Notes under the pieces: generated by a model
Told to the model about the DNA's origin: nothing
Databases searched by the model: none
The model's input: only the letters and a program-made list of their open reading frames with translations
Shown here: one piece after another, positions 1-7,982 of the stretch
Numbering within the stretch: the first letter of the stretch is position 1
Layout: each line of letters opens with the position of its first letter
Assembly (NCBI GenBank): GCA_963847705.1
Contig: CAWKBC010000022.1
Coordinates: forward strand, 1 to 11,631
Source of the DNA: an uncultured Pseudomonadota bacterium
GTDB taxonomy: Bacteria; Myxococcota_A; Polyangia; Fen-1088
Reading direction: 5' to 3'
DNA: 11,631 nt
Position numbers and translations under genes: made by a program

Positions 1-1072
1 CGAGGGCCTCGAGCCGGGCGCCGAAGGCCCGGCCGAGATCGCCGGTGGCGGGGACGTCGTCGGGCCAGACCAGCGAGCGGCGGGTGCGGGCCGCCGCGGT
101 GATCACCACCGCCAGCTCGAGCCCCAGCTCCGGCCCGACCCCCACGTGGGCCGGGCGCGCCGCCCGGGCCCGCTCGGGATCCACGCCGTAGAGCACGTCC
201 AACCAGACCAGATGCGCCAGGAATCGAAGCGCGAAGGCGACGCTCTCCTCGGAGGCCGGCAGACCGAACGGTGGATCGTGCATCCCGGCAAAACGGTAGA
301 GCGCGCCGGCCAGCGCGTCGCCCGCGCGATCGACGCCGATCTCGACGGCGGCGCCGGCGACCGCCCGGGCCACCGGCGGAAAACGGAGCACCGGGAGAAT
401 GCGCCCCCAGCCGAGCGGCGGATCGAGCCGCAGCGGATCGAGCGCCTCCCCGAGGGGGCTGGCGACGTTGAGCGCCAGGAAGGCCCGGCGCCCGACCGCG
501 GGGATCCCGATCTCGCGCAGCCAGCTGCGGCTGGCCCGCTCGACCCGCACCCGCCGCAGCGACGGCAGCGCCATGATCCGCCCGGGCGGCGTCCGGCCCA
601 CGAAGGTCCGGTGCCCCAGCCAGAAGCGCACCGTCCGGTCGACGCGAACGATCTCCGGAATCCGGGCCAGCAACGAATGGCGGTTCACCGCCTCCCGCGC
701 CGACGACGGCGCGCCGACCGACGCGAGCTCCAGCGCCGCCAGCGCAATCTGCTCCTGCCGGCGGGCGATCCCCGGGCCCGCCAGGTCGGGGTGGGCCAGC
801 GCCAGCAGGTCGTGCAGCGCCGCGCCGAGGCGCACCGTCACCTCGTCGAGCGGAGGCGCCGCGCCGGCCGGAAGGTGGCGCCCCGCGACCAGGCGGCGGC
901 CGGCACCGAGCATGACGATCGGTTCGGCCTCGTCGTCGGTGGGATCGCCACTGGCGCGCTCCACCGCCTCCAGCACCCGGGCCACGGCCCGTGGTCCGAG
1001 CGGCCGGCCGACGCGCAGCACCCCGCCCCGCACGAGCGGCAACAGAAACTCAAGGACGAATCGGCGCGCCAT
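1..1072 (-). CDS. Uncharacterised protein, 3' end outside the window (>357 aa); possible FtsH ternary conflict-system component (X6-like)
   Basis: Not in the ORF track because it runs off the edge. Manual translation from ATG 1072 is open to position 1: MARRFVLEFLLPLVRGGVLRVGRPLG...LGAALHDLLALAHPDL...EAVNRHSLLARIPEIVRVDRTVRFWLG...SPLGEALDPLRL...FALRFLAHLVWLD. Third positions are GC-rich. It starts 41 bp after the upstream stop. The family call is recalled resemblance only. Confidence 0.8.
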   Translation of the reverse strand, partial: MARRFVLEFLLPLVRGGVLRVGRPLGPRAVARVLEAVERASGDPTDDEAEPIVMLGAGRRLVAGRHLPAGAAPPLDEVTVRLGAALHDLLALAHPDLAGPGIARRQEQIALAALELASVGAPSSAREAVNRHSLLARIPEIVRVDRTVRFWLGHRTFVGRTPPGRIMALPSLRRVRVERASRSWLREIGIPAVGRRAFLALNVASPLGEALDPLRLDPPLGWGRILPVLRFPPVARAVAGAAVEIGVDRAGDALAGALYRFAGMHDPPFGLPASEESVAFALRFLAHLVWLDVLYGVDPERARAARPAHVGVGPELGLELAVVITAAARTRRSLVWPDDVPATGDLGRAFGARLEAL

Positions 1073-1075
1073 CGA

Positions 1076-1111
1076 TGGTTGTCTGGGTTGTCCGGGTTGT
1101 CCGGGTCGTCC
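1076..1111. repeat. Four imperfect tandem copies of a 9-bp unit (minus strand GGACGACCC GGACAACCC GGACAACCC AGACAACCA)
   Basis: Read directly: + strand tggttgtct gggttgtcc gggttgtcc gggtcgtcc, filling most of the 41-bp intergenic gap. Confidence 0.85.
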
Positions 1112-1113
1112 GG

Positions 1114-2626
1114 TCAGCGCGGCCGCGCCAGGCCCCAGAGGGGCATCGGCCCGAGCGGCTGGTTCTCGATCTCGACCGGCTCGTCCGGCTCACGCGCCGC
1201 CCGCCCGACCGACTCCAGGTTGGCCAGCGCCGGCTCGATCTCGACCAGGAGGCGGCGATCGAAGGGGACGATCGCCTCCGGAAGAATCCGCACCGGCGGC
1301 ACGTTGAGGTCGGGGAACAGCACCATGGCGCCGGCCGTGGCCCCCAGGCGCTCCGCCAGGACCTGCGGCGATGCCGCCGGGCGGATCTGCGTGCCGAGGG
1401 GAACCAGCACCTCGGGCGCACCGAGCTGGTACAGCGTCCCGAACGGGATCCCGTCGAGCACCTCGGCCGCCCGCAAGAGGACGCCGCGCTTGAGCAGAAC
1501 GACCCGGTAGGCGCGAAGCGCCGCCGGAGGCAGGGCGTAGACGAGCCGCTGCAACCAGACGACCTGGCCCCAGGGGATGAGGGTGGCGACCGGCGGACGC
1601 GCGTCGCCGGCCTGCTCCAATCGAAGCGCGACGGCCAAATCGGGGCGCCCCGCCGGGGCGGCCTCGCGGCGGTCGACGATCTCCGGCGACGGCGCCCGGA
1701 TCCGGATCAGGTCCTCGATCGCCGCAAACGCCGGCAGCGGCGCCACCTCGGTCACGCCGCGCGAGGCGAAGAGATGGAGGCGATCCGCCGCGAAGCTGGC
1801 CCGACAGGCCTCGAGGTGGATCGGGTGCCGATAGCCGACGGCCACCGCCACGTTGTCGGTGACCGGCAGGTAGAGCTGCAGACCCGGCGTGGTCGACAGC
1901 AGCTGGTAGAGCCGCGGCGGCAGTCGCTCGATCCGGAAGATCCAGAACGACGCGCCCGACGAGAACGCGCTCGGGGCGGCGCTCTCGCAGAGGGCGGCCG
2001 TCGCGTGCATCGTCTCTGCGCCGTCGCGCAGATAGCCCGCCGCGCGGTGGAGGATGCCGGCCACCACCGTGCCCAGTCCCCGGCGGGCCGTCACGTAGAT
2101 CGCCCCCTCGGGCAGCTTCGACGCGCGCCCGTGCAGCCGAACCAGCGACAGGCGCAGGAGAAGATTGCCGAGCGGCAGCTCGCTCTCGATCCGGTAGGGG
2201 ACGGTCTCTTCGAGACCGTAGAAGATCAGAATCGCCCCCCCCGTCGCTGAGCGTCTCCACGTCGTAGCCGAGCGGCGCGCGGGTCTCGCGAAACTGCACG
2301 AAGTGCTTCCCCGCCCCGGTGAAGACCTGTCCGCCCGCCAGACGCGCCGCCTGCGCGACGGCGTCACCCAGCGCCTGCGCCGCCGGCATGAGGACGATCG
2401 CCTCGCGGGTCCCCGCGCCGCCGCGTCCGTAGACGATCCGAAAGCCGGGCTGCAGATCATCGAGGCTCTGCTCGGCCGAGAGCAGCCGCAGAAAGGACAC
2501 CAGCCGGTCGACGGCGGCGAAGCGGACGACGAGCTGCCGGCCGATCGCCGCCCCGCGCAGGTCGGAGGTCAGACCCGGCAGGTTGAACCGAGCCTGCCCG
2601 ACCGCGATCCGCTGGAGCATCCACAT
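1114..2626 (-). CDS. Uncharacterised ~503-aa protein split by a 1-nt insertion at ~2230-2242 (frameshifted gene or sequencing error); resembles FtsH ternary system X7-type protein
   Basis: ORF 1190..2626 is protein-like only to ...FTGAGKHFVQFRETRAPLGYDVETLSDGGGD. ORF 1114..2460 is protein-like only from (I)LIFYGLEE...GYRHPIHLEAC...LVYALPP...IPFGTLY...PLGPMPLWGL. Deleting one base joins them into 504 codons including the stop. The family call is from memory of similar myxobacterial proteins. Confidence 0.75.
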
Positions 2627-2635
2627 AGTTTAGCT

Positions 2636-2656
2636 CGGAACCCTCAAAGGGTTCCG
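2636..2656. promoter_or_regulatory. Perfect 9-bp inverted repeat CGGAACCCT-caa-AGGGTTCCG (GGAAC-N9-GTTCC), candidate operator or hairpin
   Basis: Seen in the 126-bp divergent intergenic region, 9 nt upstream of ATG 2626. Function is inferred. Confidence 0.45.
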
Positions 2657-2675
2657 GGCCTCCCGCGACGGGCTC

Positions 2676-2694
2676 GGGCCGGCAAAGCCGGCCC
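2676..2694. promoter_or_regulatory. Perfect 8-bp inverted repeat GGGCCGGC-aaa-GCCGGCCC in the divergent promoter region
   Basis: Read directly. It is all G/C, so a chance occurrence is possible. Confidence 0.3.
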
Positions 2695-2752
2695 TCCCCC
2701 ACGCGATCGGCTACTCGCCGCCTGGCCGCGCCGCGGATGTTAGGATCGGGGG

Positions 2753-3973
2753 GTGACGTCTCGCGATTCGCGGCCGCCGCTCGATCCGTCACTGACGATC
2801 CTGGGTGGGCGCGATCTGGTCGCGCTGGTGGGACGTCTGGTGCGCGAACGATCGTGGGACACGCTGACCACGCTGTTCAAGGCGCTGGGCGGTGACGGGG
2901 GGATCGCACCCGCGGCGCTTGGCGAGCTGGACACGGCCGCGCGGCTGCTGGGCGAAGGGCTGGCGGCGGTCCCGCCACCCCGGAATCCGCGTGGCGTGCA
3001 GGCTGATGAGCTGCGCGCCGTGGCTCTGGCAGCGGCCGACGCGCTGCTCGGCCGTTGCGCCCACCCACCGCTGGCAGAGATCGAGCGGCGGGCGCTCGAT
3101 CGGGCCGCCGGGCTGCTCGCGCGCGGCGGCGATCACCGCCGCGCCGCGCTGACCTACGAGGAGCTGGGGGCCGACGAGCAAGCGGCCGAGGCCTGGGGCG
3201 CCATGGGCGATCTCGATCGGATGGAGGCCGCCCACGAGCGCGACGCCCGCCGGACCGCCACGCATCGTTCTGCCGGGCAGCTCTTGCATCAGTTCGAGGC
3301 GCTGCTCGCCGGGGGGGAACGGATGCGGGCGCTGGCCTTGGTCGCGGCAGCGTCGGGCCTGGAGGACGCCGCCTCGTTGCGGCTGCGCGCCGCGGCCATC
3401 GAGCGCCGACTCTGCCACGGCGCCGCCGTCAGCTTGCGCGCGCCCGGCGGAGCCTGGGTGCGGGTCGCTCCGCTGCCGGCCGAGCTCGGCCGCGATCCGA
3501 CCAGTGCAATCCCCCTGCGCGATCCGGCGGTCTCCCGCCGGCATGCGCTCCTGCGCGTCGAGGGGGACGACGTCGTCATCGCGGACCTCGGCTCGCGCAC
3601 CGGCGTGCGCCTCGGGAGCGCCCGCCTCGAGCCCGGTGCCGCCCTCCCCCTGCGCGGCAGCGGCACGATCGCCCTCGGCGCGACGACGGTGCTGCAGTTT
3701 GAGGCCACCGGCCGCCTGGTGCTGTTCGAGGGGACGAGCGGGCTCGATCGCGGCCTGCGAGCGCTGGTCGGCGAAGCGCCGCTGCCGGTCGCGGCACTGC
3801 TTCCCGGCACCGAGGGGCTGGCCCTGGAGATCGCCGGCAATCTGGTCCGTTTGCAGCGCCGCCCCACCGTCGCGGTGCGCGTCGACGGGCATCTCATCGG
3901 TCCCGAGTGCGATCTCCTGCACGGAGACGTCGTCGAGGTCGTGGGATCGGGCGCGCGGGTGGAGGTCGAATGA
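2753..3973 (+). CDS. FHA domain-containing protein with a helical/TPR-like N-terminal region (406 aa)
   Basis: FHA motifs LGRD...DPAVSRRHA...DLGSRTGVRL from ~3485. The C-terminal VRVDGHLIGPECDLLHGDVVEV resembles a second, degenerate FHA end. AALTYEELGADEQAAEAWGAMGDLDRM is TPR-like. GTG start, exact position uncertain. Confidence 0.85.
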   Translation: MTSRDSRPPLDPSLTILGGRDLVALVGRLVRERSWDTLTTLFKALGGDGGIAPAALGELDTAARLLGEGLAAVPPPRNPRGVQADELRAVALAAADALLGRCAHPPLAEIERRALDRAAGLLARGGDHRRAALTYEELGADEQAAEAWGAMGDLDRMEAAHERDARRTATHRSAGQLLHQFEALLAGGERMRALALVAAASGLEDAASLRLRAAAIERRLCHGAAVSLRAPGGAWVRVAPLPAELGRDPTSAIPLRDPAVSRRHALLRVEGDDVVIADLGSRTGVRLGSARLEPGAALPLRGSGTIALGATTVLQFEATGRLVLFEGTSGLDRGLRALVGEAPLPVAALLPGTEGLALEIAGNLVRLQRRPTVAVRVDGHLIGPECDLLHGDVVEVVGSGARVEVE

Positions 3974-5250
3974 ACGAACGTGACGAGCTGGCCGACGCCG
4001 ATCGCGCGGAGCGGGCGGGCGATCCGATCGGCGCCGCGCTGGCGCTGCGCCGTCACCTCGAGCGCCATGCCGGCGACGGCGTCGCGCGCCTCCGCTTCGC
4101 GCGCGTGCTCATCGCCGCCGGGGAGCACGCGGCCGCCCGGCAAGCGCTGGCGCCGCTGGAAGCCCAGCTGGAGAGCGCCGGGAAACGACCGGGCGCGGAG
4201 CCCCTCCCGGGGTTGCCGAGCGAGCGCGACGTGGAGCGGGCGCTCGCCGAGCTGGACGAAGTGGACGGCGCCGTCGCCGCGGCGGCGGGACGCTGGGAGC
4301 GGCTCCTGGCGGACGACATCGACGACGCGCAGGCGCGCACCCGCCTCGCCCGGCTCCGTCCGATGGCGCCCTCGCCGCTTCGCCGGGAGAGCGACCGCGG
4401 GGGGACCGCGGAGACGCTGGTCTCGCCCGAGGGGATCGAGACCCTGCGCTACCGCCTGGTGCGCGAGATCGGCCGCGGCGCGACGGCGACGGTCTACCTG
4501 GCGCGGGACGAGGCGCTCGACCTGTCGGTCGCGCTCAAGATCCTGCACCCGCAGCTGGCCGGGACCCGCCGCACGGAGCCGCTGGGACGGTTCCTGGCCG
4601 GCGCGCGCCTGCTGGCCGGGCTGCGACACCCGGGCGTGGTGGCGGTCTACGACGTCGACGAGCCGGCGCGCGCGCTGGCCATGGAATGGATCGCGGGCGG
4701 CACGCTGCGCGCGCGTCTGGCCGCCCACCCGGAGGGGCTTCCGGCCGCCGAGGTGGCGGCGACCGCGCACGGGCTCCTCTCCACCTTGGCGTTTCTGCAC
4801 GCACAGGGGATCGTCCACGGCGATCTCAAGCCATCGAACCTCCTCCTGCGGGCCCCCGGCGAGGTGGTGCTGGCCGACTTCGGCGGCGCCGTCCAGCTCG
4901 ACCGCGAAGCCAAGGCGGCGCGTCTGGGCGAGGCGGGCGGGACGCCGCTCTACCTGGCGCCGGAGCAGTTTCAGGGCGCCCCGGCCTCGAGAGAGACAGA
5001 CCTCTACGCGGCGGGCGCGATCCTCTGGGAGGCCGCCACCGGGCACGCGCTGCGGAGCCACGCGGACCTCCTCCAGCGCGGCCGGCCGGCGGATGAAGGC
5101 GCCTCCGGCCTGGCGCCGCGGGCGGAGGCGGTGGCGCAGCTGCGCGCCCGCGCCCCCGCGTCAGCCGAGACTATTTTGGCTCTTCTTGATCCGACCCCGT
5201 CGACAAGGTGCCGCCAGCCGGCCTGGGCGGTGGGGCCGAATAGAGATTGA
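3970..5250 (+). CDS. Hanks-type Ser/Thr protein kinase with N-terminal TPR-like region, soluble (426 aa)
   Basis: Motifs IGRGATATVYLA, VALKIL, HGDLKPSN, DFG, GTPLYLAPE, DLYAAG, LLDPTPSTR. ATG 3970 overlaps the FHA gene stop (ATGA) with GGAGG at 3961-3965, so the track start at 3907 is too early. Confidence 0.92.
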   Translation: MNERDELADADRAERAGDPIGAALALRRHLERHAGDGVARLRFARVLIAAGEHAAARQALAPLEAQLESAGKRPGAEPLPGLPSERDVERALAELDEVDGAVAAAAGRWERLLADDIDDAQARTRLARLRPMAPSPLRRESDRGGTAETLVSPEGIETLRYRLVREIGRGATATVYLARDEALDLSVALKILHPQLAGTRRTEPLGRFLAGARLLAGLRHPGVVAVYDVDEPARALAMEWIAGGTLRARLAAHPEGLPAAEVAATAHGLLSTLAFLHAQGIVHGDLKPSNLLLRAPGEVVLADFGGAVQLDREAKAARLGEAGGTPLYLAPEQFQGAPASRETDLYAAGAILWEAATGHALRSHADLLQRGRPADEGASGLAPRAEAVAQLRARAPASAETILALLDPTPSTRCRQPAWAVGPNRD

Positions 5251-6862
5251 ACTGCAGCGCGAAGTTGACGTCGGTGACGAGACCGAAGGTCGGCACCCCG
5301 GCGATCTCGTTGAGCTCGACGACCAGCGAGACCGACTTGGCCGCCTCGTAGTAGAGGCCGCCGACCGCGCCGACGAGGAGGGGGCCGGCGACGATGGTGT
5401 CCTTGAAGTCGGCGTAGCCGTTGGTGGCGCCGGTATCGGGATAGCCCAGGAAGCGGAAGTTGCCGCCGCCCGCCAGGGGCCCGATGTAGAACCGGAGCTG
5501 CGACTGCTTCGTGTAGAAGAGCAGCTTGGCCATGACGCCAATGGCGCCCTTGTAGGTGAAGTCGGCGTACTTCGAGGCCGGCGCGGTGTACTGCAGCCGC
5601 CCAGCCACGGAGAGCGCCATCCCGGGATTGAAGGCGTAGCCAATCTCCGGCTCCAGCTGGCCGATTCCGGCCCAGGCGAGGCCCGGTTTGAACTGGCTCT
5701 GCAACGAATGGAAGGGGTCCTGGGGCAGCGACCTGTTGACCGCCTCGAACCCGTTCCCCTTGGCGTAGCCGTAGCCGGTCCCGATGCCGATCCCGATCCA
5801 CCACTTGCGCTTGCCGTACCGGGTGTCGAGACCCTCGCGCTCCTTGTCGACGTGCCCGAGGCGGATGCGCGGCCGCTGGTTCCCCTCGTTCTCCTCCAGC
5901 GGGTTCTCGTCCTCTTCACCGATCGGCGCCTTCGACGCCTCGCCCTGCGCCTCCTCCTCGACGACGAGCACGATGTTCGGGCTGTCGGCGCCGCCGTTGG
6001 CGACCACCGGCTTGCCGGCGGCGTTGCGCCCCTCGAAGTAGAACTGGATCGATTTCCCGGTGACCGCCTTCTTGGGGATCTTGGCCTGGAGCCACCCCTT
6101 GGGGCTCTTGGTCATGAGGACCTCGTTGTACTCGTCCCCGCCGGGCGCGCGGTACATCAGGTAGACGCTGGCCACCGGCAGGCTGGGGGCCACCACGCAG
6201 CGGACGGTGAGCGGCTTGTCGATGATCGCTTCGTCCGGTTCCGGACAGTCGAGCGCGCCGACGTGGGCCGGCAGATCGGGCTCCTCGTCGCCGCTCGCGT
6301 GGTGCTTCTTCGGCTTGGCGTCCGACGAGGCGACATCCCCCTCCATGACCGGACCGCGGCGCTTCTTCTTGGGCGGCGGCGGTGCGTTGTCGTCCTCACC
6401 CCCGCCGCTGGCGGACGAACCGCCGCCGCGCGCCCCCCGCTGCGCCTCGGCGAAGGTCGCCGTCACCTCCGCCGTTTCGATCCCCTTCGAGAGCTGGATC
6501 GTCGGGTCGATCTCCAACGCGCGCGAAAAGCTCTGCAGCCCGTGCTGGTGGTCGTGGAAGCCGGTGATGTAGACGGCGCCCAGGTGGATGTAGGTGCGCC
6601 CCATGACCGGGTGGTTGTCGAGCCCGGCCTTCTTCCCCGCTGCCAGCGCGGCGAGCAGGACCCCCTTGGCGGCGTCGAAGTCGAGCGTGTCGTAGTCGTC
6701 GAGCGCCTTCTTGTTCATCTGAACGAGCTTGTCGACGGCGGCCTGGTCCTGCGCCATCGCCGCGCGGGGCGAAAGCGTCAGGGCGCCCGCGATCGCAAGC
6801 ACGATGGCGAGCGAGGAAGCGCGCGAGAGCGAGAGCAAAGCGATGTGCGAGGAGCGGATCAT
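5171..6862 (-). CDS. Exported/outer-membrane protein: signal peptide, TPR-like helical domain, low-complexity linker, Ig-like beta domain, probable C-terminal beta-barrel (563 aa)
   Basis: Signal peptide ending AMA-Q. GRTYIHLGAVY...FSRALEIDP is TPR-like. Amphipathic Gly/aromatic strands (WWIGIGIGTGYG, EIGYAF, VGGLYYE, VNFALQFNLY). AGGA lies upstream of ATG 6862. Confidence 0.8.
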   Translation of the reverse strand: MIRSSHIALLSLSRASSLAIVLAIAGALTLSPRAAMAQDQAAVDKLVQMNKKALDDYDTLDFDAAKGVLLAALAAGKKAGLDNHPVMGRTYIHLGAVYITGFHDHQHGLQSFSRALEIDPTIQLSKGIETAEVTATFAEAQRGARGGGSSASGGGEDDNAPPPPKKKRRGPVMEGDVASSDAKPKKHHASGDEEPDLPAHVGALDCPEPDEAIIDKPLTVRCVVAPSLPVASVYLMYRAPGGDEYNEVLMTKSPKGWLQAKIPKKAVTGKSIQFYFEGRNAAGKPVVANGGADSPNIVLVVEEEAQGEASKAPIGEEDENPLEENEGNQRPRIRLGHVDKEREGLDTRYGKRKWWIGIGIGTGYGYAKGNGFEAVNRSLPQDPFHSLQSQFKPGLAWAGIGQLEPEIGYAFNPGMALSVAGRLQYTAPASKYADFTYKGAIGVMAKLLFYTKQSQLRFYIGPLAGGGNFRFLGYPDTGATNGYADFKDTIVAGPLLVGAVGGLYYEAAKSVSLVVELNEIAGVPTFGLVTDVNFALQFNLYSAPPPRPAGGTLSTGSDQEEPK

Positions 6863-6896
6863 TGCTTCGTCCTTTTATTACTTTTGCTGCGTGGCT

Positions 6897-7982
6897 TTAT
6901 TGCTGCGTGATGAAGAATTCCACACGCCGATTCTTTTCCCGCCCCGCGGCCGTCTTGTTGGTCTCGATCGGCTGGTCGGGCCCGTACCCCTTCGCCTCCA
7001 TCCGGGACATGTCGACGCCCAGTCCCACCAAATGTTGCCGCACGGACTCAGCGCGGCTCTGGGAGAGCTGCATGTTGTGATCGTGCTTGCCGCGGGAGTC
7101 GGTGTGCCCCTCGATCCGCACCGTCATGGTGGCGCGTGACTTGAGCACGCTGGCGATCTCCTCGAGCAGCGGGAAGCTGCGGGCCTGGATGCTCGCCTTG
7201 TTGGTGTCGAAGAAGATCTTCTGTTTGAGCTCGATCTTCTCCTGGGTGACCACGATGTGCTCGTACTTCTTGGGGCAGCCGTCGTTGTCGGGCGGGCCCG
7301 GATCGTTGGGGCACTTGTCGGCGGCGTCGAGGACGCCGTCCTTGTCGTTGTCCGGATCGGGGCAGCCGTCGGCGTCCTCGAACCCGTCCTTGTCCTCCGG
7401 CTCCATCGGGCACTTGTCGACGTTGTCGAGGATGCCGTCGGCGTCGTTGTCGGGATCGGGGCAGCCGTCGGCGTCCTCGAACCCGTCCTTGTCCTCCGGC
7501 TCCATCGGACACTTGTCGGTCTTGTCCGGGATGCCGTCCTTGTCGTTGTCCGGATCGGGGCAGCCGTCGGCGTCCTCGAACCCGTCCTTGTCCTCCGGCT
7601 CCGTGGGGCACTTGTCGGTCTTGTCCGGGATGCCGTCGCCGTCGCTGTCGGGCGGCACCACCGGCCCCACGCACTTGTCCCGCGGCGACAGACGATAGGC
7701 CTCGCGCGCGTTGTGATCGGCGACGTGCAGGTGGTCGCGGGCCCGGAAGTAGTCCCCCTGGGCCAGCTCCCGCTCGGTGAACTCGAGGTGCGTATCGGCG
7801 AGCGCCAGCTCGCGGGGCGCGCACTTGTAGGCGCCGTTGTCACGCGCCTCCTTGGCGATGGTGCGCACCTCGTGGACGCTGTTCTCCATCTCCGTGCCGG
7901 CGCAGCCCGCCAGGAAGATCGCGCCGAGCGCGGCCGTCATGAGGACGGCCGCCGTGAACGACGTCTTCACGCGGGCGCTCAC
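6897..7982 (-). CDS. OmpA-family lipoprotein with a DUF4398-like helical domain and thrombospondin type 3 Ca2+-binding repeats (361 aa)
   Basis: GTG 7982 overlaps the upstream TGA (GTGA). Lipobox FLAGC. Repeats DxDxDGIxDxxDKCPxEPEDKDGFEDADGCP. OmpA C-terminal motifs IFFDTNKASI, IEGHTDSRG, NMQLSQSRAESVR, GREKNRRVEF. Confidence 0.93.
   Translation of the reverse strand: MSARVKTSFTAAVLMTAALGAIFLAGCAGTEMENSVHEVRTIAKEARDNGAYKCAPRELALADTHLEFTERELAQGDYFRARDHLHVADHNAREAYRLSPRDKCVGPVVPPDSDGDGIPDKTDKCPTEPEDKDGFEDADGCPDPDNDKDGIPDKTDKCPMEPEDKDGFEDADGCPDPDNDADGILDNVDKCPMEPEDKDGFEDADGCPDPDNDKDGVLDAADKCPNDPGPPDNDGCPKKYEHIVVTQEKIELKQKIFFDTNKASIQARSFPLLEEIASVLKSRATMTVRIEGHTDSRGKHDHNMQLSQSRAESVRQHLVGLGVDMSRMEAKGYGPDQPIETNKTAAGREKNRRVEFFITQQ
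7272..7649 (-). repeat. Coding tandem repeat: three 99-bp units plus an 81-bp variant unit (TSP3 repeats)
   Basis: Near-identical 33-aa units. The block ggatcggggcagccgtcggcgtcctcgaacccgtccttgtcctccggctcc recurs three times at 99-bp spacing. Confidence 0.9.

Noticed and set aside
146-2250. Long + strand ORFs 146..1510, 399..1307 and 991..2250
   Set aside because: Arg/Pro/Ala-rich antisense shadows of the two minus-strand genes; stops are rare in very GC-rich DNA.
1114-2626. Treating ORFs 1190..2626 and 1114..2460 as two overlapping genes
   Set aside because: Each is protein-like on only one side of ~2235; they are two halves of one frameshifted gene.
2789-5061. Minus-strand ORFs 2789..3922 and 3289..5061
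   Set aside because: Antisense to the FHA and kinase genes, with no recognisable motifs.
3980-6910. 976-aa + strand ORF, the longest in the track
   Set aside because: An off-frame reading of the kinase followed by the antisense of the 563-aa gene; composition is not protein-like.
7272-7649. Regularly spaced repeats as a CRISPR array
   Set aside because: The period is 99 bp and in frame, the intervening sequences resemble each other, they encode TSP3 repeats, and there are no cas genes.
6897-7982. Calling the OmpA/TSP3 gene traB
   Set aside because: It is a lipoprotein with a helical N-terminal domain, not an N-terminal beta-barrel, and there is no traA-like gene next to it.
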